A stretch of 48,681 bases of DNA from Flavobacterium sp. (GCA_051649065.1 JBOFGJ010000684.1:1-48681); one strand, 5' to 3'. Numbered from the stretch's first letter, positions 17,095 to 25,794 are shown. Notes: generated by a model not told the origin, from the letters alone. Numbers and translations: made by a program.

Positions 17095-17287
17095 TTTTAA
17101 AGTAGGAGATGTTTGTATTTGGAATTATGAAAACGGTTATGGTTGCGGTAATCTCCGTAAAGGTATGGAAATAGTTATAACAGGTGTAGAAGGAACAGAA
17201 TTACGTTTTACATATAAAGGAGCAAGTAGTAAACGTTTCCATTGTTTCCCAAGGCAGATATTTCTAGCAGAAGAGGAGAATGAGTGA
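17087..17287 (+). CDS. EENE-tag family small protein 15
   Basis: MNNFKVGDVC...LAEEENE*. Confidence 0.85.
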   Translation: MNNFKVGDVCIWNYENGYGCGNLRKGMEIVITGVEGTELRFTYKGASSKRFHCFPRQIFLAEEENE

Positions 17288-18655
17288 CTAAAGTTAGAGT
17301 TATAGACATTGAAGCTGATGGATTGAAACCAACTGTTATTCATTGTGCTGTAGCTATGTCCTTAGATGGTAAGGAAGTGGAAAGATTCGAGCCACATCAA
17401 ATGAAAGAGTTCTGTGAGTTTCTAGATACATTGGATGTATTTATAGGCCATAATATAATTTCATATGATCTACCAGCTATTGAGAGTGTATTAGGTTATA
17501 CCTACAAAGGTGCTAAAGTAGATACACTTTTAATGTCTAGGTTACAGAATCCTAAGCGTCCATATACGCATCAAGCTAAGGACAAGAAGAAAGCTATGGC
17601 AGTACATGGCTTATATTCATGGGGTGTAAGGGTTGGTATAGATAAGCCTGATATTGATAATTGGGAGGTGTATACACCGGAGATATTACATCGTTGTGAG
17701 GAAGACGTAAAGATTAACGTCAAAGTGTATCACGCTCTAATGGAAGAGGGGGCGAGATTCAATTGGCGGAATGCACACTTACTCACCTTTAAACTATTTG
17801 AGAATTTAGAGAGACAACGTAAAGCCGGATGGAAGTTAGATATACCTCACGTACAACGCTCTTTACAGCTTTGTGCTCATTGGGTTGGGCGTATTGACCG
17901 TCTTCTTGAGGAAGCTCTTCCCTACACTTGCGAGGTGATGGAGGTTAAGAAGGAAGGGGAATACGGGTGGGTTAGAAAACCTTTCATGAAGAGTGGAGCA
18001 TATAGTGGGAGTGTGGTCAAACAATACGGTGATGATTCTAATTGTGTTGGTGGCCCTTTTAGTAGGGTTTGTTTTAGGAAGATCAAGTTAGGTAGTGACG
18101 CTGAAGTTAAGAAGTTTCTACTAGCAGAGGGGTGGATACCAGATGCATGGAACACAGATGATGAAGGTAATAACACCTCACCTAAACTCAATAAAGATAC
18201 AACCTTTGACGGTGTTACAGGTAGTGCTGGTAAGTTTATTGTGTTACGTAGTCGTATTAATGACAGGGCCTCTATTATGGAGGGCTATCTACGGAACGTT
18301 AGACCTGATGGGAGAATTGAAAGTCAAGTTAGTGGATTAGCTGATACCCGTAGGATGAAGCACAAGCAAGTGGTTAATGTCCCTAATGGAGACGCATTCC
18401 TTGGCCCTATGATGCGTAAATGCTTTATAGCAAGGGATGGGTATAAACTTGTAGGTGTAGATGCTGCTGGGTGTCAAGACCGCATGTTGGCCTCTAGAGC
18501 TAACGATGATGGTCTTACTAAAATCTTATTAGAAGGTGACAAAGAGAAAGGAACTGACGCTCATACAATGGTGATGAAGCGTGTTAATAAGATATGTGAT
18601 ATGTTCAAGGTTCCTCATATCAAACGTGGTGCTGGGAAGAATATAGGATTTGGGT
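17284..18655 (+). CDS. Family A DNA polymerase, exon 1 (3'-5' exonuclease, motif A, start of motif B)
   Basis: DIEADGL, GHNIISYD, DAAGCQDR, GKNIGFG; interrupted by an intron. Confidence 0.92.
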
Positions 18656-19335
18656 AAACTAAAATCTGCCCCTTCATAGAGTAATCTATGTCGAATAACT
18701 CTTCTAATTCAGGGAAACCCAGAACGGGCAATCCTGAGCGAAGCAAGTGTGTTTGCATTCTTAAAAGGAAATGTATGTATAAAGTAAAAGAATGTAAACT
18801 TTGTAGTAAATTCTTTAATCCTGTAGCTCCATCATCACTATATTGCAGTGATGTATGTAAAGTGATTATGAATAGAGAAGCAACTACCAGAAGTAGAATT
18901 AAATATGAGAGAAAAACAACTACTAATTATGGCGTAGGTAAGGGAGGCGCTAATAAGAAAGGTGTTGATAACCCTCTATACTCTTCTGGTAAGGGTTTCT
19001 TAGCAGCTAATCGTAAACGGTTTAAACTTGAAGTTAAAGATTGTGAGAGGTGTGGCGTAGACCTATCTCAGAAGGAAGGTAAGAATTCTTTCTGTATCCA
19101 CCATAAAGACCACAATCGTAAGAACAATCCGGTTGATTTCAGTAATTGGGAGTTGTTGTGTCCCCGCTGCCATCACATAGAACACGATAAGCAAACACAC
19201 TTGAACGTGCAACGACCAGTCCGAGAGGACGTACAGGAACTAGGAGTTCTTGGAAACGGAGAGGAACCTACGGGTTCGTGATATGGTCTGATTCCTGTAG
19301 GAATACAGGAGCACAGGGATGTGCGTAACTTAATG
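18656..19335 (+). mobile_element. Group I intron (IA2-like, 680 nt) in the DNA polymerase gene
   Basis: 5' splice after U (GGGT pairs with GCCC), TCAGGGAAACC...GGCAATCCTGAGCGAAGC, P7 GACCA/TGGTC, P7.1, P7.2, P8 and P9 hairpins, terminal G; splicing restores KNIGFG-W-KFGAG. Confidence 0.9.
18775..19281 (+). CDS. Intron-encoded HNH homing endonuclease
   Basis: CxxC pairs, IHHKDHNRKNN...NWELLCPRCH; AAGGA RBS; start re-called to 18775. Confidence 0.85.
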   Translation: MYKVKECKLCSKFFNPVAPSSLYCSDVCKVIMNREATTRSRIKYERKTTTNYGVGKGGANKKGVDNPLYSSGKGFLAANRKRFKLEVKDCERCGVDLSQKEGKNSFCIHHKDHNRKNNPVDFSNWELLCPRCHHIEHDKQTHLNVQRPVREDVQELGVLGNGEEPTGS

Positions 19336-19859
19336 GGAAATTTGGAGCTGGAGACCCTAAACTTGGTAGAATGATTCATAGCAATAAAGAAGCTGGTAGT
19401 GAAATACGTATTGTATTACGTGAACTATTCCCAGCACAGGCTAGATTGATGGATGAACTTACAGCTGAGTGGCGTAAGAATGCTAAGATTAGAGCTAACA
19501 AGTGGGGTAAGGCTGAATATTATGATGGTTGGGTAGTAGGTATTGATGGTGCTCCTAACTTCATAGCATCAGAACACGCTGTGTTAGTGTATACGTTACA
19601 GAATGATGAAGCTATCTTTATGTCTGCTGCGTATAACTTAGCTAATCGTTATCTAGAAGAGAAGTATGAGTGGGGGGATGATTGGATGATTGTGAATTTC
19701 AATCATGATGAATTTACTACTGAGTGTAGGGAAGAGATTGCAGATGATGTAGCGGCTATTGTATTAAAAGCTTATTCAGATGCTAGTGATTATTTTAAAT
19801 TTAATGTCCCACAAATAGGGGACGCTTCAATAGGAGATAATTGGTATGCCATCCACTGA
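19336..19859 (+). CDS. Family A DNA polymerase, exon 2
   Basis: In-frame KFGAGDPKLG, LQNDEA, motif C NHDE, GDNWYAIH. Confidence 0.9.
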
Positions 19860-20007
19860 TATTGATATTAAGAAGATTAAAGAGCGGATTATGTGGCGGA
19901 GGGCTGTATTTCACGCTGCCATAAACTTAATTAAGTGTAAAGGACGTTACCACACAGAGTTAAATTATAAGATATTAGAAGATATCGTTAATAAGGAACC
20001 AAAATGA
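19846..20007 (+). CDS. Small hypothetical protein (53 aa)
   Basis: Read by hand: AGGAG RBS, MPSTDIDIKK...KEPK*. Confidence 0.55.
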   Translation: MPSTDIDIKKIKERIMWRRAVFHAAINLIKCKGRYHTELNYKILEDIVNKEPK

Positions 20008-20192
20008 CATATATTGATAAAGTATCTATAAATAAAGATTTCTCTTATGATGTTACAGGTGGATACTATTCATTAGATGAATTAGAAGAACTTAAGGACG
20101 AGATTAATGAGGTATTAGCTGAAGAAATGGCTAAAGAATTCTCAGCTATGGAAGGAGATGATGATTGTGAAGGAGGCGCTTGTAAAATATGA
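20004..20192 (+). CDS. Acidic mini-protein with an NrdA-like C-terminal CxxxxC tail
   Basis: Ends DDDCEGGACKI*. Confidence 0.75.
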   Translation: MTYIDKVSINKDFSYDVTGGYYSLDELEELKDEINEVLAEEMAKEFSAMEGDDDCEGGACKI

Positions 20193-20431
20193 AATATCCA
20201 TTACAAGCAGGAGACCAAATCTATTTCACTAAAATAGAGCATGATGATGAGCAGTTTTGTGAAATCGTAAAAGGTAAAATATATACAATAGAAAAAGGTA
20301 AATACTACTACGATGGGGAAGCGGTGGTATATTTTATAGATGAGAGCGGTGATAGACGTAACTACCCTCTGAGCTTTGGATTCGTAGATGGTGATTATAA
20401 TTATGAACTTATCGAAGAGGAGAATGAATGA
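20189..20431 (+). CDS. EENE-tag family small protein 16
   Basis: MKYPLQAGDQI...LIEEENE*. Confidence 0.85.
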   Translation: MKYPLQAGDQIYFTKIEHDDEQFCEIVKGKIYTIEKGKYYYDGEAVVYFIDESGDRRNYPLSFGFVDGDYNYELIEEENE

Positions 20432-20622
20432 GTATCAACCGTGGTGATGAAGTGGAGATTACCTCCAATAGATATAAGAAAGAATATGGATTTGTTAAAG
20501 GTACTAAAGGGTGGGTGGTTAGTATTGCTCAAATTGAAGATAAGGAATATGTGTTCTTTATGCCAGATGGTGTGGAACGTTTCTTTGTAATTAGTTCAGA
20601 ATATGTTAATAAGGTGGTCTAA
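20428..20622 (+). CDS. SH3/KOW-like small protein lacking the EENE tag
   Basis: MSINRGDEV...GTKGWV; ends NKVV*. Confidence 0.75.
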   Translation: MSINRGDEVEITSNRYKKEYGFVKGTKGWVVSIAQIEDKEYVFFMPDGVERFFVISSEYVNKVV

Positions 20623-20623
20623 T

Positions 20624-20785
20624 ATGGGTCATTATGATGAATACTATGCTAATCTATCAGAGATCAAATTAGCTAAACAAAAAGCATGTGAACATATAAA
20701 TAACAAACCTCTTTATACAGACCTAACCGGTAAAGTAACGTTTATCCAATGTGTAAAGTGTGAAAAAACTACTCACATAAAATAA
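20624..20785 (+). CDS. Small Zn-ribbon protein
   Basis: CEH...CVKC; start re-called to 20624. Confidence 0.6.
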   Translation: MGHYDEYYANLSEIKLAKQKACEHINNKPLYTDLTGKVTFIQCVKCEKTTHIK

Positions 20786-20807
20786 TAATAATAGGAAATA
20801 AAATAAT

Positions 20808-21506
20808 ATGGCTTTGAACAGCAACGCATTACCGAAAGCAGGCGCAGCAGCTAAAACTAAGTATGAGGAGTTGGACATTGGTAACTACGCTTGTCGAGTA
20901 GCGCAAGTATTAGATATGGGTGTTCATCCGGTAGAAGTGTGGGATGAAGGTACACGTAAGTATATTAAGGACGATACTAAAGCCCCACAGAATTTCATTC
21001 GAGTTACGTATGAATTCTTAACGGAGTTCTTGAAGGACAAAGATGGTGTAGAGGATGAGACTAAACCTCGCTGGTATAGCGAAGAGATTAAGCTCCTCCC
21101 TCTTAATAGTGACTTAGCAACTTCAACTAAACGATATAAGGCAATTGACACCAAGAATGAGTTTGGTGGTGATTGGGCACAATTAGTCACCATGCCTTGC
21201 ACTGTCACTATCGGACATAAAGCTAATGGTAAAGCTAAGATTGGTAACGTAGCGCCAACTATGAAGGGTATGGTGTACGCTGAATTGAAGAATCCACCTA
21301 AAGTGTTTAACTTAGACAATCCAGATATTGAGATTTTCAAGAGTCAGCCTGAGTGGATTCAGAAGCGCATCACCGATAACTTAAACTTTGAAGGTAGCCA
21401 ATTACAGAAGCTGCTAGCTGGGGGTGTAGTTCCTCCTGTAAAAGAGGAGCCTAAGCCAGAGTTTAAAGAGGAATTGGCTAAACAGACAGCAGCGAATCCA
21501 TGGTAA
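20808..21506 (+). CDS. Putative single-stranded DNA-binding protein
   Basis: Position in the replication module, GNYACRVAQVLDMG motif, C-terminal NPW. Confidence 0.55.
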   Translation: MALNSNALPKAGAAAKTKYEELDIGNYACRVAQVLDMGVHPVEVWDEGTRKYIKDDTKAPQNFIRVTYEFLTEFLKDKDGVEDETKPRWYSEEIKLLPLNSDLATSTKRYKAIDTKNEFGGDWAQLVTMPCTVTIGHKANGKAKIGNVAPTMKGMVYAELKNPPKVFNLDNPDIEIFKSQPEWIQKRITDNLNFEGSQLQKLLAGGVVPPVKEEPKPEFKEELAKQTAANPW

Positions 21507-21556
21507 TATAATATAACAGCCCCAAGGAAGGGGCATATAATAAAAAGGTATATAAC

Positions 21557-22354
21557 ATAAAACCATTAATTGATTTTGATTTAATAGCGTATGAAGTTGG
21601 CTTCGCTAGCCAGAAAAACATTAACGGAGAGCTTGTTCCCCTGCCAATGGAAGATGTTATTTCCATGGTGGACAATAAGATTAAAGATATATGTGCTGCG
21701 GTATACGCTACAGAGCCTCCTCTATTGTTTCTAACAGGGAAGGGTAATTTCCGTAATGACATTGCCAAGCAACAACCATACAAAGGTAAGCGTAAGAACG
21801 CTAAACCATTCCATCACGCTTTTATTAGAGCGTATGCTATGGCCTCTTATGACTTTGTATTAACAGAGGGTATTGAAGCTGATGATGCATTATGTATTAC
21901 TCAGATGAAACGTTTAGCAGAGCGTGACACTATTATCTGTTCAAGAGATAAAGACTTACGTATGTGTGAGGGCTTCCATTATGGATGGGAGGCCGGTAAG
22001 CAAGGGGCTTGGGGGCCTAAATGGGTAGATAAATTAGGGGAGCTAGAGCTTAAAGGCCCTAAGAAATTAACAGGCACAGGAACTCGTTTCTTCTATGCTC
22101 AAGTGTTGATGGGCGACTCAACAGATTGTTATGACGGTCTAGGGGGTTGTGGGCCTATAGGAGCTCATAGAATATTAGAGGGATGCAACACTGAGGAGGA
22201 GCTGTTTAAAGCTGTCCTAGACGCTTACAGGAGCAAATATGGGGGTATCGAAGGGGATGAACGTATGAAGGAAATGTGTCAGCTTGCTTGGATGGTTAGA
22301 GAGGTTGATGAAGAAGGTATTCCTGTTATGTATAAAATGTTGGAGGTAGAATGA
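21557..22354 (+). CDS. 5'-3' exonuclease (T7 gp6/FEN-like; probable ATA start)
   Basis: LIDFDLIAY in frame upstream of the track start; NFR, YKGKR, EADD, SRDKDL, MGDSTD, GCGP. Confidence 0.85.
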   Translation: MKPLIDFDLIAYEVGFASQKNINGELVPLPMEDVISMVDNKIKDICAAVYATEPPLLFLTGKGNFRNDIAKQQPYKGKRKNAKPFHHAFIRAYAMASYDFVLTEGIEADDALCITQMKRLAERDTIICSRDKDLRMCEGFHYGWEAGKQGAWGPKWVDKLGELELKGPKKLTGTGTRFFYAQVLMGDSTDCYDGLGGCGPIGAHRILEGCNTEEELFKAVLDAYRSKYGGIEGDERMKEMCQLAWMVREVDEEGIPVMYKMLEVE

Positions 22355-22545
22355 AAGAGGTATTACGTATAATGTTTGAAGGTAGTGATGAAGTTGCTTT
22401 CACCGCTGACTATGATGATTTACAGGACAAGGCGTATCCCCTAGAGATTAAAGCTACTGATGGTTATGTGGCATTGTCTCATGAAGAAGGACGTGCATTA
22501 TTTAATATGTTATACACCATCTACAGTGAAGAGGAAAATCAATGA
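22351..22545 (+). CDS. EENE-tag family small protein 17 (EEENQ variant)
   Basis: Ends YSEEENQ*; lacks the GD motif. Confidence 0.7.
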   Translation: MKEVLRIMFEGSDEVAFTADYDDLQDKAYPLEIKATDGYVALSHEEGRALFNMLYTIYSEEENQ

Positions 22546-22618
22546 GTGATATAGATAAGTTAGTTATAGGAAGTTGTTTCTTTATGGTAATTGTGTTACT
22601 ATTACTACTAGTCCTGCA

Positions 22619-23005
22619 ATGAATAGATTATTTAATGGAGGAGAGTGGACACAGGCTAGATTTAATTCATTCGTTAAGAGCGCATTACGTAGTGCCTCTC
22701 AACGTTGGCCTCCTAAATATAAAGTGTTGAATGACGCTTGTATAGGAAAACATATAAATATTAAGACCGGAAGATTAGCTAAGCATTATAAGTGTGCTGC
22801 TTGTAGTGGGAATTATCCCGCTAAAGATGTGGTTGTAGACCATATTCTCCCTGTAGTTCCTATAGAGGGATTCACCTCTTGGGATGTAGTAGTAGATAGA
22901 ATGTATTGTGAGGCAGATAATTTACAGGTTCTCTGTAAACCATGCCATAAAATTAAAAGCTCCGAAGAGAGCTTAGAAAGGAAGAAACATGCAACAACAA
23001 TTTGA
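22619..23005 (+). CDS. HNH endonuclease
   Basis: CAAC...VDHILPV...NLQVLCKPCH; start re-called to 22619. Confidence 0.8.
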   Translation: MNRLFNGGEWTQARFNSFVKSALRSASQRWPPKYKVLNDACIGKHINIKTGRLAKHYKCAACSGNYPAKDVVVDHILPVVPIEGFTSWDVVVDRMYCEADNLQVLCKPCHKIKSSEESLERKKHATTI

Positions 23006-23228
23006 AACATTTAATGACGTACAAGACATTGCATTACGTACTTATAATCGTGCTGTAACCGCCACTAACATCGTAGAAGGATTTAATGAGGGTAAGGCAC
23101 GGGATTACCTGAATCAATTCACTGAGGCGGAACAGAAGGGTATTATGGCTATCTTAGTAGGCATCAATAAGTTTGGTGCTGACAAAGTTAAACAAGCAAT
23201 TATGATTAGGGTTGCTCAGGGGGACTAA
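22989..23228 (+). CDS. Hypothetical protein
   Basis: AGGA RBS, coupled. Confidence 0.7.
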   Translation: MQQQFETFNDVQDIALRTYNRAVTATNIVEGFNEGKARDYLNQFTEAEQKGIMAILVGINKFGADKVKQAIMIRVAQGD

Positions 23229-23416
23229 TGGTAAAAGGATGGGATAGCCCCTCGTTAGAGGACAAACTTAAATATCAACTAGAAGTACAAGAAACATGTA
23301 GACATAGCTGGATGGCGCATAACGCTAACTTAAAGGGACAAGTAACATCCCTTAAGTGTGAGTTCTGTGAGAAGATTCTACCTACAAAAGAATGGAGTAA
23401 GTATGACCAATTATGA
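23228..23416 (+). CDS. Small Zn-ribbon protein (paralog of 20624..20785)
   Basis: CRH...CEFC. Confidence 0.65.
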   Translation: MVKGWDSPSLEDKLKYQLEVQETCRHSWMAHNANLKGQVTSLKCEFCEKILPTKEWSKYDQL

Positions 23417-23681
23417 ATACGAGAGACAAAGTGTAGCTCACGCAATGCTATCATCCATTGATGCTAATGAGATACAACGTAAGCCAATTAAACATGGAGG
23501 GGTTGACATCCCCTCTTTAGTTCAGAAGGATATTGAGGATAGGGCCAAGGTTGGGGCTATCAAGTATGGGACTCGCCTACAGCCACATAATGGACGTGAC
23601 GCATTATTAGATGCTTACCAAGAAGTGTTGGACTTAGCTCAATATCTACGTCAACGTTTACATGAGGAGAGGGGATGTTAA
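23403..23681 (+). CDS. Putative all-alpha NTP pyrophosphatase (MazG-like)
   Basis: R..VG..KYG...DALLDAYQEVLDLAQY; start re-called to 23403. Confidence 0.5.
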   Translation: MTNYEYERQSVAHAMLSSIDANEIQRKPIKHGGVDIPSLVQKDIEDRAKVGAIKYGTRLQPHNGRDALLDAYQEVLDLAQYLRQRLHEERGC

Positions 23682-23756
23682 TAGAGTTTACTAAGTTCTG
23701 CTTTATGTTGGCAGGGGGTATTTATATAGCGTGGCATCTAGCGAGTATACTGATTA

Positions 23757-24035
23757 GTGTGGCTCGTTTTGCCTTTAGATTTGTATAAGGTAGATATTAT
23801 GGATTGCATAATTTCATTTATTATAAAAGATACAGATGAACAGGAATCAACTGAGTTTTTAGAGACAGCCATCTGCGCTGTATTAGGTATAGGGAGGAAA
23901 AGTAGTTATCCCCTTGATGTTACAGGTAGGGCTCTACAGTATCATGGATTTGCAGAAAATATAGATATTGAGAATATTGACACTAAACTAATATTTCCTA
24001 TAGGGGTTAAACGTGGTTTACCGAGTGACGACTAA
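23757..24035 (+). CDS. Hypothetical protein (start uncertain)
   Basis: ORF track. Confidence 0.5.
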   Translation: MWLVLPLDLYKVDIMDCIISFIIKDTDEQESTEFLETAICAVLGIGRKSSYPLDVTGRALQYHGFAENIDIENIDTKLIFPIGVKRGLPSDD

Positions 24036-24318
24036 GGACGGAGAGACGTTAGAGATTAGCGCTAAGAATATGAGAGAGGCGCAAGCTAAAGTAGAGGCAA
24101 CGGGGAAACTCGTTGCTATGGTAACTAAACTTAAATCATGTAGTGGAGATTGATATGCGTAATAAAATTATGGCAGTGTTTGATGCCATCATCTTAGCGC
24201 TAGCTATTTTCTTAGCAGGAGGTAGCTTGTTGAAACAAGATTGGAATACAGCTTTTCTATACATTGTAATTGCAATTTATGCACACGATAGTTTTAAAAC
24301 AAATAGAGGTATTAAATC

Positions 24319-25248
24319 TTGAAATATTCTGAGCTAGATATTGAACGTGTATTAACCCTTAAGAAAGCTGGTGTTCCCCATCGTGAGATTGCAGAGGCTA
24401 CTTTCGGTAAGAGGTCAATGGCATCTAGCGTCTGGTATATCATTAATGAGCATCTGTATAGTAAGGAGAAAGAACTAGCTAAAGGCCCCAAGGTGTTACT
24501 ATGGGATATTGAAACAAGCCCTGAGCTGTCTTATCATTGGCGTCGTTGGAAAGAAAATATTGGTGTAGGTCAAGTTAAGAAGCGCTCTCATCTCTTAACC
24601 TTTGCGTATAAGTGGCTTGGTCAAGAAGAGGTGTATGCTGACGCTCTCCCCTACTATGATGATTATCTTCTAGATATGGATAGTGATGAAAACCTTGTTA
24701 AAGCTGTATGGACTCTGCTTGATAATGCTGACGTTGTTATTGCTCACAACGGTGACAAGTTTGATTTGGCTTATATTAATGCTAGGTTTGCTTATTGGGG
24801 GTTAGGTATGCCTTCCCCTTATAAATCAATTGATACATTGAAGATTGCTAAGAAGTTCTTCCGATTCCCAGCTAATAGTTTAGCAGAGCTATGTGCCTAT
24901 TTCAAAGTAGATGGTAAATTTAGTACAAACTTTGAGTTGTGGCTTGGTTGTGAACGAGGAGATCCAGCAGCTTGGGCAGAGATGGTTACATACAATATGC
25001 AAGATGTTAGGGCATTAGAAGAGGTTTACTTAAAACTAAGGGCATATGATAAGGGCCATCCTCACTTTGGTTTGTATTATGACGATGATTTATTGCGTGA
25101 CCCTGTTACCGGGTCTACTGATGTGGTGGAACTAAAAGCTAACGCTTATACAGCTGCATCTGGATTCACTTCTTATAGAGGGCCTAATGGACATGTGTTC
25201 CGTTCTAATAAGAAGATTAAAGGTGTTAGAACAGTAAACGCTCAATAG
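24319..25248 (+). CDS. DnaQ/RNase H-fold exonuclease with N-terminal HTH
   Basis: WDIETSP, AHNGDKFD, IDTL, YNMQDV. Confidence 0.8.
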   Translation: MKYSELDIERVLTLKKAGVPHREIAEATFGKRSMASSVWYIINEHLYSKEKELAKGPKVLLWDIETSPELSYHWRRWKENIGVGQVKKRSHLLTFAYKWLGQEEVYADALPYYDDYLLDMDSDENLVKAVWTLLDNADVVIAHNGDKFDLAYINARFAYWGLGMPSPYKSIDTLKIAKKFFRFPANSLAELCAYFKVDGKFSTNFELWLGCERGDPAAWAEMVTYNMQDVRALEEVYLKLRAYDKGHPHFGLYYDDDLLRDPVTGSTDVVELKANAYTAASGFTSYRGPNGHVFRSNKKIKGVRTVNAQ

Positions 25249-25338
25249 GAACCTCTACAAGGTGTTATAAGACTTAGGACATACGTATGGGTAGGGATAC
25301 CTAATATAATTCAATATAGAGCCATACAGGAGCTTTAA

Positions 25339-25521
25339 ATGGGTAAGACAGTACGCTATGGAGTTGACATTAAGAAGAAATACAATGATGGGAAGGTAGG
25401 ACGTAATCGTCATATCCCTAAGGAATGGACTTATACTAAGAAGGATAAAACCCCTGTAGTGGAAGAGGCGGAAGAAGATGAATTATTTTACGCTTATTTA
25501 GAAGAAATTAGTAACTTTTAG
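25339..25521 (+). CDS. Hypothetical protein
   Basis: AGGAG RBS. Confidence 0.65.
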   Translation: MGKTVRYGVDIKKKYNDGKVGRNRHIPKEWTYTKKDKTPVVEEAEEDELFYAYLEEISNF

Positions 25522-25548
25522 AAATTCTAGAGGTTAAGTAGTATATAA
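25503..25548 (+). promoter_or_regulatory. 46-bp repeated motif, putative phage-sigma promoter (copy 2)
   Basis: AGAAATTAGTAACTTTT-N8-TAGAGGTTAAGTAGTATATAA. Confidence 0.6.
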
Positions 25549-25766
25549 TACTACATTCTGAGCGAAGCGAAGAGGTGCAGTTTGACCTACTAATACAGAG
25601 TATTAGAAACCTCTTCTTTTGACTTACTAAAAACTTCTTTCTTCTTTTAATTCATTTAAACAATTAAACCTAGTATGCGAAGCATACAATACCTATATAG
25701 AGGTATATTATAATAACAATAACTATATTAGTATTCTTAGTTGTTCTATTTGGTACATTTTAAACT

Positions 25767-25794
25767 AGCCCCCTTAATTGGGGGCTTTTTATTT
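25767..25794 (+). terminator. Rho-independent terminator at the convergence of the two arms
   Basis: AGCCCCC-ttaatt-GGGGGCT followed by TTTTATTT. Confidence 0.85.

Noticed and set aside
18655-18657. Polymerase pseudogene, stop-codon recoding or intein
   Set aside because: The TAA spans the 5' splice site of a group I intron, and other genes read normally in the standard code.
18688-18774. Track start of the intron ORF
   Set aside because: It lies within the ribozyme P2-P6 structure; ATG 18775 has an RBS.
1978-22545. EENE DNA repeats as a CRISPR array or integron attC sites
   Set aside because: The repeats are ~15 nt, degenerate at third codon positions, non-palindromic, irregularly spaced and inside ORFs; no cas or integrase gene was recognised.
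1387-23010. Minus-strand and nested alternate-frame ORFs in the early arm (e.g. 1387, 6108, 7231, 11337, 17922, 20924, 21478)
   Set aside because: They are shadows of well-supported + strand genes, with no RBS or motifs.
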